Source of the DNA: an uncultured archaeon
GTDB lineage: Archaea; Asgardarchaeota; Thorarchaeia; Thorarchaeales; Thorarchaeaceae
DNA: 29,420 bases
Assembly (NCBI GenBank): GCA_964631415.1
Contig: CAZVZC010000026.1
Span: 1-29,420 of the forward strand
Direction: 5' to 3'
This document shows, piece after piece, positions 7,260 to 16,234 of the stretch. Made by a program: the position numbers and the translations under genes. Under the pieces are notes generated by a model. That model was not told where the DNA came from, did not search any database, and was given only the letters and a program-made list of their open reading frames with translations. Within the stretch, counting starts at the first letter, position 1, and the number at the start of each line of letters is the position of its first letter.

Positions 7260-8717
7260 ATGAGCCAACGCATTTTTGCAGTCTTCGATGTTGGGACAAC
7301 CGGAGCACGCTCTTGTCTTATCGACGAGGAAGGTCGCGAGGTGAGTAAGGCATACGAAGAGTATCCTCCGGTACCGCGTGAGCTAAAGACACACGAGCAA
7401 TTGGCAGAAACATTCTGGAGGACGGCCGTGAACACTATGCAGAGGGCTCTGTCCAGCTACCCTAGGGGTGCGAACTCAGTTGTCGCCTGTGTTCTGGCAA
7501 CCACGCGGGATTGCATCACACCTGTCGACAGGAAGGGACTTCCGCTCGCTCCGACAGTGACGTGGGTTGACAACCGATCCGGGACTAAGAGCAAGGAGAT
7601 GGCAGCCCAGATTGGGCCCCGCAAATCAGTCAATAAACTGATGTGGTTTCTTGAGAACAAGCCGGATCTGTTCAAGAAGGCCTACAAGTTCATCACGCTG
7701 GATGCTCTGATTAACAATCGGCTCTGCGGCAAGATGGTCACAGAGCCCGCGAATGCTAGGTATGGGCCCATCGACCATGCAACTCTGAAGTGGTCTGATG
7801 AGATGTGTCAGGCCACGGGAATCCCTGTCGACAAGCTGGCGGACATAGTGGACCCGGGGACTGTGATTGGCGAAGTCTCGCCCGAGGCCGCAAAGGCGAC
7901 AGGGCTCAGAAAGGGTACGATTGTGATCATGGGAAGTGGCGACCAGCAGTGTTCGGCACTTGGTACGGGCACTATTCAGACTGGTATAGTGAAGGCCACA
8001 ACGGGCACGGGCACATTCGTCATCACACACACTGAGGAACACATTGATGACCCGTACGTTATGTTCAGCAATCCGTCCGCTATCCCTGGCAAATGGATTC
8101 TAGAGGGCGTCATACCTGGAACAGGTCTGGCCTACAAGTGGTATCGAGACCAGTACTGTGAGCGCGAAGCCGCCATCGCTGCTGAAACAAACAGGAATGC
8201 CTACGAGGTAATTGAGGCATCCGCGAGCTCTGTCCCTGCCGGGAGCGATGGACTGGTCATCTTTCCTTTCATGGCTTACGGGAAGGGCATATTCTATGAT
8301 TTGAGCTTCAGTCATACGAAGGCCCATGTGGCTAGGGCGATAATGGAGGCCAATGGATATGGCATCAAGCTGTATGTAGACATGATGGAAAGCATGCTTG
8401 ATCTCAAGTTTAGTGAACTTCGCATAGACGGAGGTGGTGCGAACTCACCATTATGGAGGCAGATTCAAGCAGACTGCGCCAACAAGACAGTTGCACTGCC
8501 TAGGTCTCGCGATTCGACAGCGATAGGGGCCGCCATACTCGCAGCCGTTGGCACAGGCGTGTACAGCACATACACTGAAGCCGTGGACAACATGTTTCAG
8601 GTTGAAGAGCGCAGACAACCGATACCTGAGAATGTAGCGATCTATGAGAAGCAATTCGCGACATTCAACAAGCTGCTGATGGCAGAGATGCCGACACTGA
8701 TTGAACTCACGAGCTAG
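7260..8717 (+). CDS. FGGY-family carbohydrate/polyol kinase (not canonical GlpK)
   Basis: FDVGTTGAR, W.D.RS, GDQQCSALG, TTGTGTF, DGGGANS..W.QI.AD, TAIGAAILA. ATG 7260 follows GGTGA. Confidence 0.92.
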   Translation: MSQRIFAVFDVGTTGARSCLIDEEGREVSKAYEEYPPVPRELKTHEQLAETFWRTAVNTMQRALSSYPRGANSVVACVLATTRDCITPVDRKGLPLAPTVTWVDNRSGTKSKEMAAQIGPRKSVNKLMWFLENKPDLFKKAYKFITLDALINNRLCGKMVTEPANARYGPIDHATLKWSDEMCQATGIPVDKLADIVDPGTVIGEVSPEAAKATGLRKGTIVIMGSGDQQCSALGTGTIQTGIVKATTGTGTFVITHTEEHIDDPYVMFSNPSAIPGKWILEGVIPGTGLAYKWYRDQYCEREAAIAAETNRNAYEVIEASASSVPAGSDGLVIFPFMAYGKGIFYDLSFSHTKAHVARAIMEANGYGIKLYVDMMESMLDLKFSELRIDGGGANSPLWRQIQADCANKTVALPRSRDSTAIGAAILAAVGTGVYSTYTEAVDNMFQVEERRQPIPENVAIYEKQFATFNKLLMAEMPTLIELTS

Positions 8718-8842
8718 CATAGGCGGTATTCAGCGCTCCAGTGGGTGTGACCTCTCCAACAAGTGGAGGCCAGACCCCCCTTGCTCACGTTTCAACGAGT
8801 GACCAGACCCAATCAGGTTCTGGTCCAAGGCCAAATCCCTGG

Positions 8843-9109
8843 CTACTTGGTCGTCTTCTTCTCTTCTTCCTGTTTCTTTCTCTCTTCCCACAGGCGACCG
8901 AAGAACACAAGCGTGAGGACTAGTTCCGAACCTGTGACTCGCTGAGCCACGTACTCTATTGACTGGCTAATCGTGTCGCCGAACTCATACGCCTTGCGTG
9001 AGAGGTCGATCAGGTCCTCAAACCGATGTTCGGGGATTCCGAGAGCGTCGGTCAGCTTCTGGACATCGTGCTTTCCGATCACCAGAGTACCAAGATTGTA
9101 TGTCGGCAT
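8843..9109 (-). CDS. Small hypothetical protein, 88 aa
   Basis: ATG 9109 preceded by GGGGTGA RBS and a TTAAAA box near 9173-9178; globular helical composition with a charged tail; divergent from glpA. Confidence 0.8.
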   Translation of the reverse strand: MPTYNLGTLVIGKHDVQKLTDALGIPEHRFEDLIDLSRKAYEFGDTISQSIEYVAQRVTGSELVLTLVFFGRLWEERKKQEEEKKTTK

Positions 9110-9372
9110 CACAATCACCCCGGCGGCGCCGCCGTCATTCGCGCTTGGTAATTCATCTCATGGTTTCAGACCTTTTAACCTATCTAGCGCATGCGTCCCA
9201 TTTCGTTCTTGTTAGCGCTCCAGATGCTGGGCTCTCATGTCCCTTCCAGCGATAGCGAGATGCTTTCCGAAACCCTTGTATTGACGACTTGACACCCAAG
9301 ACACACGCCGCACTGCGAGAGGAGCGCCCGCGGACTTCCAAAGTTCCATCGCAGCGGCAGGCTGGACATTCG

Positions 9373-11031
9373 ATGACCGACTATGATGTGGTAGTAATTG
9401 GCGGCGGCAGTACCGGTACTGCCGTGGCTCGCGACTGTGCCCTACGTGGGCTGAAGACGCTCCTTTTGGAGAGAGATGACATTGCGTCAGCCACGGTCGG
9501 CACTTGCGCAGGGATGATCTCTTCGGGCTTCAAGTACTACGATGAGCCCGACATAATGGACATGTGTTCACAGGAGGTCGTCTATTTCCGTAGGATTGCC
9601 CGCCACATAATCATGAAGAATCCGATTCTGATGCCGTTCTCTGAGCTAGGGGAGTTGACTCGTGGGGGAGAGGCCAGCAGTTTCACAGATGAATACGCGA
9701 AGCGTGCGCAAGAGCGAGGTGTTCCTCCGGTCATGTTTCTCTCTCCGGAGGAGTCACTCAGTATCGAACCATCACTGAATCCTGACATGGCTGCCAGCTT
9801 GTACTACGAGGAGTTCTTCATCGACCCCTTCCGTCTCTGCTTGCTTCAGGCCATTGACGCCAAGCAACATGGCGCCACAATCAAGACCTACTGCGAAGTA
9901 ACAGGCATAGAAGCTACGAATCCTGTCAGGAGTGTCACTTTCTACAACAGAGCGACCAGACAGGTTGAGTGCGCCGGCGCGAAACTAATCGTGAATGCTG
10001 GCGGTCCGTGGGCCGGAAAAATTGCTGCAATGGCTGGCGCTCCACTGGAGCTCCGCTTGAACAAGGGCGCGCATGTCATTATGGACAGAAGAATCGTGAA
10101 CGTTGGGATTTCATCAAGAGCAGCTGATGGTCGTTGGATTTACCTCTATCCACATGAGAACACGACGCTCTTGGGTACAACCGCTCTCGACACATGGGAA
10201 GACCCAGATGTGATTGTCGCCAGTCATGACGAAATTGAGTATCTACTGAAAAGCATTGAATGGGTCGTGCCTTCTATTCGGCAGGCGAGGATAATTCGAA
10301 CAATGGAAGGTGTAAGACCTCTCGTTCCGGAATGGAAAAGATCTGAAGACAAGGTGACTAGGGGATACAGAATCATAGACCATGAGAAGGACGGTGTAGA
10401 TGGTCTGGTCAGCTTCACGGGAGGGAAGCTCGTGATGTGTAGGCATATGGCAGAGGCAGTAACCAATCTTGTGTCGAAGAAGCTTGGGAGGGAAGCCGTA
10501 TGCAGGACGCATCTTGATCCATTGCCCGGAAATGAGGCTGATGTCGATGTACTGGCACTTGCAGCTGAATACGGGTTGTCGCAGCACGCGGTCGAGAGGC
10601 TCAGAGCTAGGCGAGGTACTGAAACTTCTGCGGTCTTGGCTCTCACGAAGGAACATCCCGAATGGAAGTCTACCATCTGCACTTGTGAGCCGGTCATTGA
10701 AGCCGAATTGAGATACGCTATCCGGAATGAGTTCCCGCAGACGATTAACGATCTTAGACGCAGGCTCAGGCTTGGCACAGGTCCGTGCCAAGGAACATTC
10801 TGTACCTTCAAGGCTGCTGCCGTGTTGGCTGAGGAACTCGACTTCAGCGGTGAGCAGTATCAGCTTGAGATAATTGACTTCTTAGCAGAGCGCTGGAAGG
10901 GTAAGCGTCCACCCTTGAGAGGCGGACAGCTCGGACAGGAGGAATTGACACACGGCCTCTATGCATGCGTCGCCAACCTAGACCATTGTGACTTCGCTTA
11001 TGAACCGAAACCGTGGGAGGAGGCATCATAG
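9373..11031 (+). CDS. glpA: Anaerobic glycerol-3-phosphate dehydrogenase subunit A-like flavoprotein with C-terminal BFD-like [2Fe-2S] domain
   Basis: DVVVIGGGSTG, IDPFRL, VNAGGPWA, KGAH, LLGTT, GVRPL, GGKL...R.MAE, ICTCEPV...DLRRRLRLGTGPCQGTFC, ERWKG. Start ATG 9373. Confidence 0.9.
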   Translation: MTDYDVVVIGGGSTGTAVARDCALRGLKTLLLERDDIASATVGTCAGMISSGFKYYDEPDIMDMCSQEVVYFRRIARHIIMKNPILMPFSELGELTRGGEASSFTDEYAKRAQERGVPPVMFLSPEESLSIEPSLNPDMAASLYYEEFFIDPFRLCLLQAIDAKQHGATIKTYCEVTGIEATNPVRSVTFYNRATRQVECAGAKLIVNAGGPWAGKIAAMAGAPLELRLNKGAHVIMDRRIVNVGISSRAADGRWIYLYPHENTTLLGTTALDTWEDPDVIVASHDEIEYLLKSIEWVVPSIRQARIIRTMEGVRPLVPEWKRSEDKVTRGYRIIDHEKDGVDGLVSFTGGKLVMCRHMAEAVTNLVSKKLGREAVCRTHLDPLPGNEADVDVLALAAEYGLSQHAVERLRARRGTETSAVLALTKEHPEWKSTICTCEPVIEAELRYAIRNEFPQTINDLRRRLRLGTGPCQGTFCTFKAAAVLAEELDFSGEQYQLEIIDFLAERWKGKRPPLRGGQLGQEELTHGLYACVANLDHCDFAYEPKPWEEAS

Positions 11032-12399
11032 ATGGACATCGAAACTGACTTGGTTGTCATTGGAGGTGGCATGGCAGGTCTGGTTGCCGGTTCGGTCGCT
11101 GCCGAGGCTGGTCTCGATGTCGTCTTGCTGAGAAAGGGTCACGGAGCTACTGCGCAATCATCAGGTGCGATTGACATCATCGGGTATGCGCCCGGGGCTG
11201 CCACATATTTCATGAACCCTGTCGAGGGTCTACATGCTCTCAGTGCAATGTGTCCATTCCATCCGTATTCTGCGCTTGGTCGCTCGGAGGAAGGTCTTCC
11301 CACCGACCCCGACCAAGTTGTATCCCGTGTGCGCGACTCTGTGCGATGGCTCAAGGACAAGTTGAGTGGCTCGAGTGGTGCTCTGAAAGGTGATCTTGAG
11401 GAGAACATTCAGGCCATCAGCCTCCTTGGGACGTCCAAGCCCACATGTCTCGTCCAGGAAACCATGTGGAATGACATCCCGCCGACTCATGACAGTGTCA
11501 TCCTCTTTGCAGGTCTTCGGGGCCTGCCAGACTTCAATCCATCGTCGGCAGTCAAAGCCTTCATGGCCAACAGACTCTACGGCGAGGAAGGACCAAGGAA
11601 GGCAGTCAGCTGTCTTCTCGATGTTGCCCCATCTGGCAGACCATTCAACCTGTCCCAGATTGAGATAGCAAGGTATGTTGACCACGATGCTGGCTTGGCG
11701 GCCCTAGCGAATTCCCTTGAGGATCAAGTTCTCAAGACAGGGGCGGACTACGTCGCCGTACCACCTGTATTGGGGGTGGAGCGTGCGAGAGAGAATCGCA
11801 GAAAGCTTGAGGAGAAGACTGGCGCCGCTGTCTTTGAGCTGACGGCGTTTCCGCCATCCATACCAGGCTTGAGGCTGCAGGCTGGCCTTGAAACCGTTTT
11901 CAAGAAAACTGATGGTAGATTGCTGGCGGGTCATGAAGCCACGGGAGTTCACAAGGACGGCAACTTGATTCAGGCCATCACCGCAAGAGCGCCTCGACGA
12001 ACGATAGAGATAAGGTCGACTGCAGTGGTCCTTGCATCTGGGAAGTTTCTTGGAGGAGGGCTGGTTGGTGATGAAAGAGGTGTTCGCGAGTCGCTCATGG
12101 GACTACCTGTCGTAGATGGTAATCTGGTTCCGACTGGTGATTCTAGGCCACAGCGACTTACGAATGTGATACCGCTGACTCCAGAAGGTCATCCACTCTT
12201 TGGGGTTGGCCTTGCATTTGATACGAGTTTTCGTCCTGTGGATGCTGACGGCAGCCCGGCCGCTCAGAATCTGTTTGCTGCCGGTTCCGTTCTAGCAGGT
12301 TACAACTACGCAGTCGAGAAGAGTGGACTGGGCGTGGCACTTGCGACAGGTTTCGCGGCTGGAGCGAACGCCGCAGCCTACGTAAAGGGGGTGCAGTGA
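11032..12399 (+). CDS. glpB: Anaerobic glycerol-3-phosphate dehydrogenase subunit B-like flavoprotein
   Basis: DLVVIGGGMAGL, SSGAID, PPSIPGLRL, VLASGKFLGGGL, NLFAAGSVLAG, SGLGVALATG; GGAGGAGG RBS. Confidence 0.92.
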   Translation: MDIETDLVVIGGGMAGLVAGSVAAEAGLDVVLLRKGHGATAQSSGAIDIIGYAPGAATYFMNPVEGLHALSAMCPFHPYSALGRSEEGLPTDPDQVVSRVRDSVRWLKDKLSGSSGALKGDLEENIQAISLLGTSKPTCLVQETMWNDIPPTHDSVILFAGLRGLPDFNPSSAVKAFMANRLYGEEGPRKAVSCLLDVAPSGRPFNLSQIEIARYVDHDAGLAALANSLEDQVLKTGADYVAVPPVLGVERARENRRKLEEKTGAAVFELTAFPPSIPGLRLQAGLETVFKKTDGRLLAGHEATGVHKDGNLIQAITARAPRRTIEIRSTAVVLASGKFLGGGLVGDERGVRESLMGLPVVDGNLVPTGDSRPQRLTNVIPLTPEGHPLFGVGLAFDTSFRPVDADGSPAAQNLFAAGSVLAGYNYAVEKSGLGVALATGFAAGANAAAYVKGVQ

Positions 12400-13637
12400 T
12401 GAGCGACGAAGAAGCATACAAAGTCGTGAGTGCGACCCTCGAGAAAGAGCGGATTGTCCCCTTCAAGACCTATGAGCTTGAAGTTGTCCGCTCAGCAGAG
12501 AAGTGTGTGAACTGTGGACTCTGCCTCAATCACTGCCCTGTGGTCAGGGCCGTGGGTGTTGACAGGTTCAGCGGTCCACGCAGCATTGCAGTCGAGCTGA
12601 GCCGTTCTCCACCTGATTTCTGGTCAACGGCCGATAAGGTCTATCTCTGTACGAGCTGCGGCACTTGCCGTGAGGTATGTCCCTACAATGTCAATGTGCC
12701 TGACATTGTCAGTATGGTCCGCGCAAGGATCTTCAAGCAGAGACCAGACCTTGTGCCAAGAGCTCTCCGGGCTGTTCATGAAACCCTTGCCAGACACTCA
12801 CTTGCATTCGAACCTTGGGACGATCCCAATGAGAAGATTGAGAGCCGCAATGCAAGGCTCCAAGCTGTGGGCTTGCCCTTCACCCAAGATCGCGTTGTCA
12901 GAGGTGCTGAGGTTCTGTTCTACCCCGGCTGCCAAGCGGAAGAGCGCGCACAAGAAGTCAAGGAGGCTGCCAAGTTCATTCTGAACTACTTTGGAGTTGA
13001 CTTCACTCTGCTGGAAGAAATGAGCTGTTGCGGCCTTCCTTCAAGGTTGATAGGTGATGACGAAACGTCAAGGTCGCTTGCCGCTCGCCTGAAAGAGAAG
13101 GTGAGTTCGCTCGGTGTGAAGAAGATTGTCACGACCTGTGCTGGATGCACCTCGAACCTGTCTGAGATGAGTGTCCGTGACAATTGGGGAGTGCCAGTGT
13201 ATCATCTGATTGAGTTCTTGGCTGAGGCGATTGGGCTTGAACGGCTCTCCGAGGCGTTCGCTGAGGGCAGCCGGGCTGGTGAAGTCTTGACAACGATCCA
13301 CGATCCATGTCATTTGATTCGCCATACTTCGCGTCAGATTGCGGACCATGTCATCGCCGTCCTGAACCTGATTCCTAACGTAACCATAGTCGCCTCTGGA
13401 GTGGCAGACTCGTGTTGTGGGGGTGGAGGAATGGTCGGATACCACTCAAGAGACGTGGCAGATGCAGTTGTCGCACACAATATTGAGGCGATATCAGCAA
13501 CCAAGGCGAAGCAGCTTGTGGCCCCTTGTCCTCTCTGTACAGCACAAATCGAGCGCAATCTGTTCAACGCCGGCAGTGCCATCCAGGTGGATGACCTAGC
13601 CGTGTTCATTGCTCAAAGGCTTCCACAACAGAGGTGA
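12399..13637 (+). CDS. glpC: GlpC/HdrD-like Fe-S oxidoreductase (two [4Fe-4S] motifs plus two CCG domains)
   Basis: CVNCGLCLNHCP, CTSCGTCREVCP, YPGC, SCCG, TCAGC, HDPCHL, CCGGGG, PCPLC; start overlaps the glpB stop. Confidence 0.85.
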   Translation: MSDEEAYKVVSATLEKERIVPFKTYELEVVRSAEKCVNCGLCLNHCPVVRAVGVDRFSGPRSIAVELSRSPPDFWSTADKVYLCTSCGTCREVCPYNVNVPDIVSMVRARIFKQRPDLVPRALRAVHETLARHSLAFEPWDDPNEKIESRNARLQAVGLPFTQDRVVRGAEVLFYPGCQAEERAQEVKEAAKFILNYFGVDFTLLEEMSCCGLPSRLIGDDETSRSLAARLKEKVSSLGVKKIVTTCAGCTSNLSEMSVRDNWGVPVYHLIEFLAEAIGLERLSEAFAEGSRAGEVLTTIHDPCHLIRHTSRQIADHVIAVLNLIPNVTIVASGVADSCCGGGGMVGYHSRDVADAVVAHNIEAISATKAKQLVAPCPLCTAQIERNLFNAGSAIQVDDLAVFIAQRLPQQR

Positions 13638-15073
13638 GCCCAGACTTGCTAGACTCAAAGACTAAGAGTGCTCTCCTAGAGCGCATCAGAGCTGTCGTTG
13701 GTAATGACCATGTGACCGCGAATGAAACAGATGCCATCCTCAACGCCCACGATGCGAACCCACTGAGCGAAGCGAAGATCAGGGCCGGGGAGTCTCTGCC
13801 ATTGGCTGACCTCATCGTCTTCCCTGCGTCCACGGAGGAGGTTTCTAGAGTCCTGAAGGTGGCCAACGAGCTCAGGGTGCCTGTTGTCCCAGTCGGAGGA
13901 GGTGCGGGGACCTGCGGGGGTACTCTTCCCGTCTATGGTGGTATCCAGCTCGACCTCAAACGGATGGACAAGGTCATCCGGATCGACAATCAGTCCATGC
14001 TCGTACAAGCGCAGGCGGGAGTTGTGGGAATCGATCTTGAGGAGGAAGTGAACAGGCAGGGCTACACGACTGGCCATACACCGACTTCATTGAGAGCGTC
14101 CAATGTGGGTGGCTTCATCGCAACACGATCTGGGGGCTCGATGTCGTCTCTCTATGGCAAGATAGAAGACCTCACCTTGGGGCTCGAGGTTGTCCTGGCA
14201 GACGGATCTGTCATACGGTGTAAAGCTGTCCCTCGACACTCCGTCGGGCCAGACTTGAAGCAGCTGTTCATTGGTTCTGAAGGAACGCTCTGCGTGATCA
14301 CAGAGGCCACTCTACGCCTCTTTCCGTTGCCAAAGGAGAGACGCTTCAGGAGCATGTGCTTTCCTGATGTCCACAGTGGTCTTGAGGCCATCAGACTCAT
14401 CTTTCGTGAAGGCGTGCTCCCGTCAGTTGTGCGGTTGTATGATCCAGAAGACACCGCCTTGCACGTTAGTTCGCACTTCGATGTGGAGGAGGGAAGCTGC
14501 ATGCTCATGCTTGCGTTCGACGGTCGAACTGAGAAAGTTGCGATTGAGGAGAGTATTGCAGCCGAAATCTGCCTGAAGAATGGGGCTAAAGACTATGCTG
14601 AAGGTCCATCAAGATACTGGTGGGAACACAGGTACGACATGTACTATCCGACGAAGTTCGCTACTTCGGGGTACTCTGTCGGTGACACCATCGACATCGG
14701 TGCGACCTACGACAAGCTTGAGAATGTCTACCATGAGATGAAGAAAGCCATGGAGGCGCATGACGCCGTCGTCATGTCACACTTCTCTCACATGTATCCA
14801 AATGGAGGGAGCATCTACATGATTTTCTTCGTTTCGAAGGAAGATGCGAGTAGTGCATGGTCGGCCTACAAGAGGATCTGGGATGATGGTGTGGCAGCCT
14901 GCCTCAGAATGGGCGGCACAATGAGTCACCAGCATGGTGTTGGAACTACAAGGAGCACGTACACAGAAGCGGAATGGGAATCGGGCTTTCAGGTTCTCAG
15001 GCGAATCAAGGAGGTGCTCGATCCGAATGGCATAATGAACCCGGGCAAGCTTGGGATGGGAGGACGAAGCTGA
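13634..15073 (+). CDS. FAD-linked oxidoreductase of the VAO/PCMH family, alkyl-dihydroxyacetone-phosphate-synthase (AGPS)-like
   Basis: P.GGG....GG, GHTPTS..SNVGGFIATRSGG..S..YGKIEDL, GPDLKQLFIGSEGTL, VVRLYD, SHFSHMY.NG.SIY, SHQHGVG, DPNGIMNPGKL; GTG start overlaps the upstream stop. Confidence 0.88.
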   Translation: MSPDLLDSKTKSALLERIRAVVGNDHVTANETDAILNAHDANPLSEAKIRAGESLPLADLIVFPASTEEVSRVLKVANELRVPVVPVGGGAGTCGGTLPVYGGIQLDLKRMDKVIRIDNQSMLVQAQAGVVGIDLEEEVNRQGYTTGHTPTSLRASNVGGFIATRSGGSMSSLYGKIEDLTLGLEVVLADGSVIRCKAVPRHSVGPDLKQLFIGSEGTLCVITEATLRLFPLPKERRFRSMCFPDVHSGLEAIRLIFREGVLPSVVRLYDPEDTALHVSSHFDVEEGSCMLMLAFDGRTEKVAIEESIAAEICLKNGAKDYAEGPSRYWWEHRYDMYYPTKFATSGYSVGDTIDIGATYDKLENVYHEMKKAMEAHDAVVMSHFSHMYPNGGSIYMIFFVSKEDASSAWSAYKRIWDDGVAACLRMGGTMSHQHGVGTTRSTYTEAEWESGFQVLRRIKEVLDPNGIMNPGKLGMGGRS

Positions 15074-16194
15074 TGGATCAGGCAAAGACTGCTGAGCAGC
15101 TCCGCCTGTGCGCTGCCTGCCCCAAGATGTGTCGTCACATGTGCCCTACCTTTCTGGCTTGGAGGTCTGACTCTCCTACTCCTCATGGCCGTGCACTCCT
15201 TGTCTACCAAGAAATGAATGGTACTCGCAATCTGGATGAGAGAGCTATTGAGGTACTGTACCAGTGTCTGGAGTGTTCACAGTGCCTCGTGTGGTGTCTT
15301 CCTCAGGTAGATGTTGCGGCAATAGTAGAGGACACGAGAACGAGGCTAGTGGAGCAACACCGTTATCCTCAAGGTCTGGACAAGATCTCCTCCGCGATAG
15401 CAACCGATCATAATCCCTTTGGAGAATTGCACAGCAAGAGAAACAAGTGGTTCGCTCCAGTCAAGAATGTCGGCAAGAGAATAGTATACTTCAGCGGCTG
15501 CACCGCCGCCTATCGAGAGAACGGCATAGCTCAGAGCACCGTTTCTCTACTGACCAAGCTCGGCTACAGAGTGAGCGTCATGAACGATGAATGGTGTTGC
15601 GGTTCGCCCCTTTTCAGGACGGGCTTCAGGAATCAGGGGCTCGAACAGGCCCGCCATAATGCTGGTGCGCTCAACAAACAGGACGCACAAGAGATAGTAG
15701 TCACTTGTCCGGGTTGTTACAGAACACTCTCACGTGACTATCCAGAGAATGGTATTCAGCTCGCAAAGCCCGTCATCCACATCAGCCAGCTTCTGGAGCG
15801 ACATCTGGACAATCTCAACACCGCTGACTTTGGCGGTTTCATCACGTTTCATGATCCCTGCCACCTGGGCAGGCACTGTGGTATTTACGATCCTCCAAGA
15901 AGAGTTCTCAGCAAGATATCAGGCGGCAAGTTAGTTGAGATGCAGCGTAACAGGGAGAACGCGATGTGCTGTGGCAATGGTGCTGGCATGAGAATGCTCT
16001 TCGAAGAGCAGGCGAGGGTGATAGGGAAAGCCCGTGTACAACAAGCCCGAGATGTCGGTGCAGGGTTCTTGGTCACCTCGTGTCCTTTCTGCAAGAACAT
16101 GCTTGCCTCTCAAGCTGGGGAAGGATTGACGGTCCTCGACCTTCCCGAAATCGTCATGGCATCATATAGTTCGCACCCAAAGGTCAAGATGTGA
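15073..16194 (+). CDS. Second Fe-S/CCG-domain oxidoreductase (HdrD/GlcF-like)
   Basis: CAACPKMCRHMCP, CLECSQCLVWC, FSGC, WCCGSP, TCPGC, FHDPCHLGR, MCCGNG, SCPFC; ATG 15073 overlaps the upstream TGA (TGATG). Confidence 0.9.
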   Translation: MDQAKTAEQLRLCAACPKMCRHMCPTFLAWRSDSPTPHGRALLVYQEMNGTRNLDERAIEVLYQCLECSQCLVWCLPQVDVAAIVEDTRTRLVEQHRYPQGLDKISSAIATDHNPFGELHSKRNKWFAPVKNVGKRIVYFSGCTAAYRENGIAQSTVSLLTKLGYRVSVMNDEWCCGSPLFRTGFRNQGLEQARHNAGALNKQDAQEIVVTCPGCYRTLSRDYPENGIQLAKPVIHISQLLERHLDNLNTADFGGFITFHDPCHLGRHCGIYDPPRRVLSKISGGKLVEMQRNRENAMCCGNGAGMRMLFEEQARVIGKARVQQARDVGAGFLVTSCPFCKNMLASQAGEGLTVLDLPEIVMASYSSHPKVKM

Positions 16195-16234
16195 AAACAG
16201 ATTAAGCTTCAACCAGAACCTGCTCGTGATTCCT

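Noticed and set aside
10224-10811. Long antisense or alternate-frame ORFs (e.g. 10224-10811, 10243-10791, 21455-21961, 27622-28044)
   Set aside because: They lie entirely within well-supported genes and show no motifs; they are shadow ORFs.
11029-11034. Amber (pyrrolysine) readthrough fusing GlpA and GlpB, since TAG and ATG are adjacent and in frame
   Set aside because: glpB has its own strong GGAGGAGG RBS, both proteins are full length, and the same abutting layout occurs with TAA at 28140/28141.
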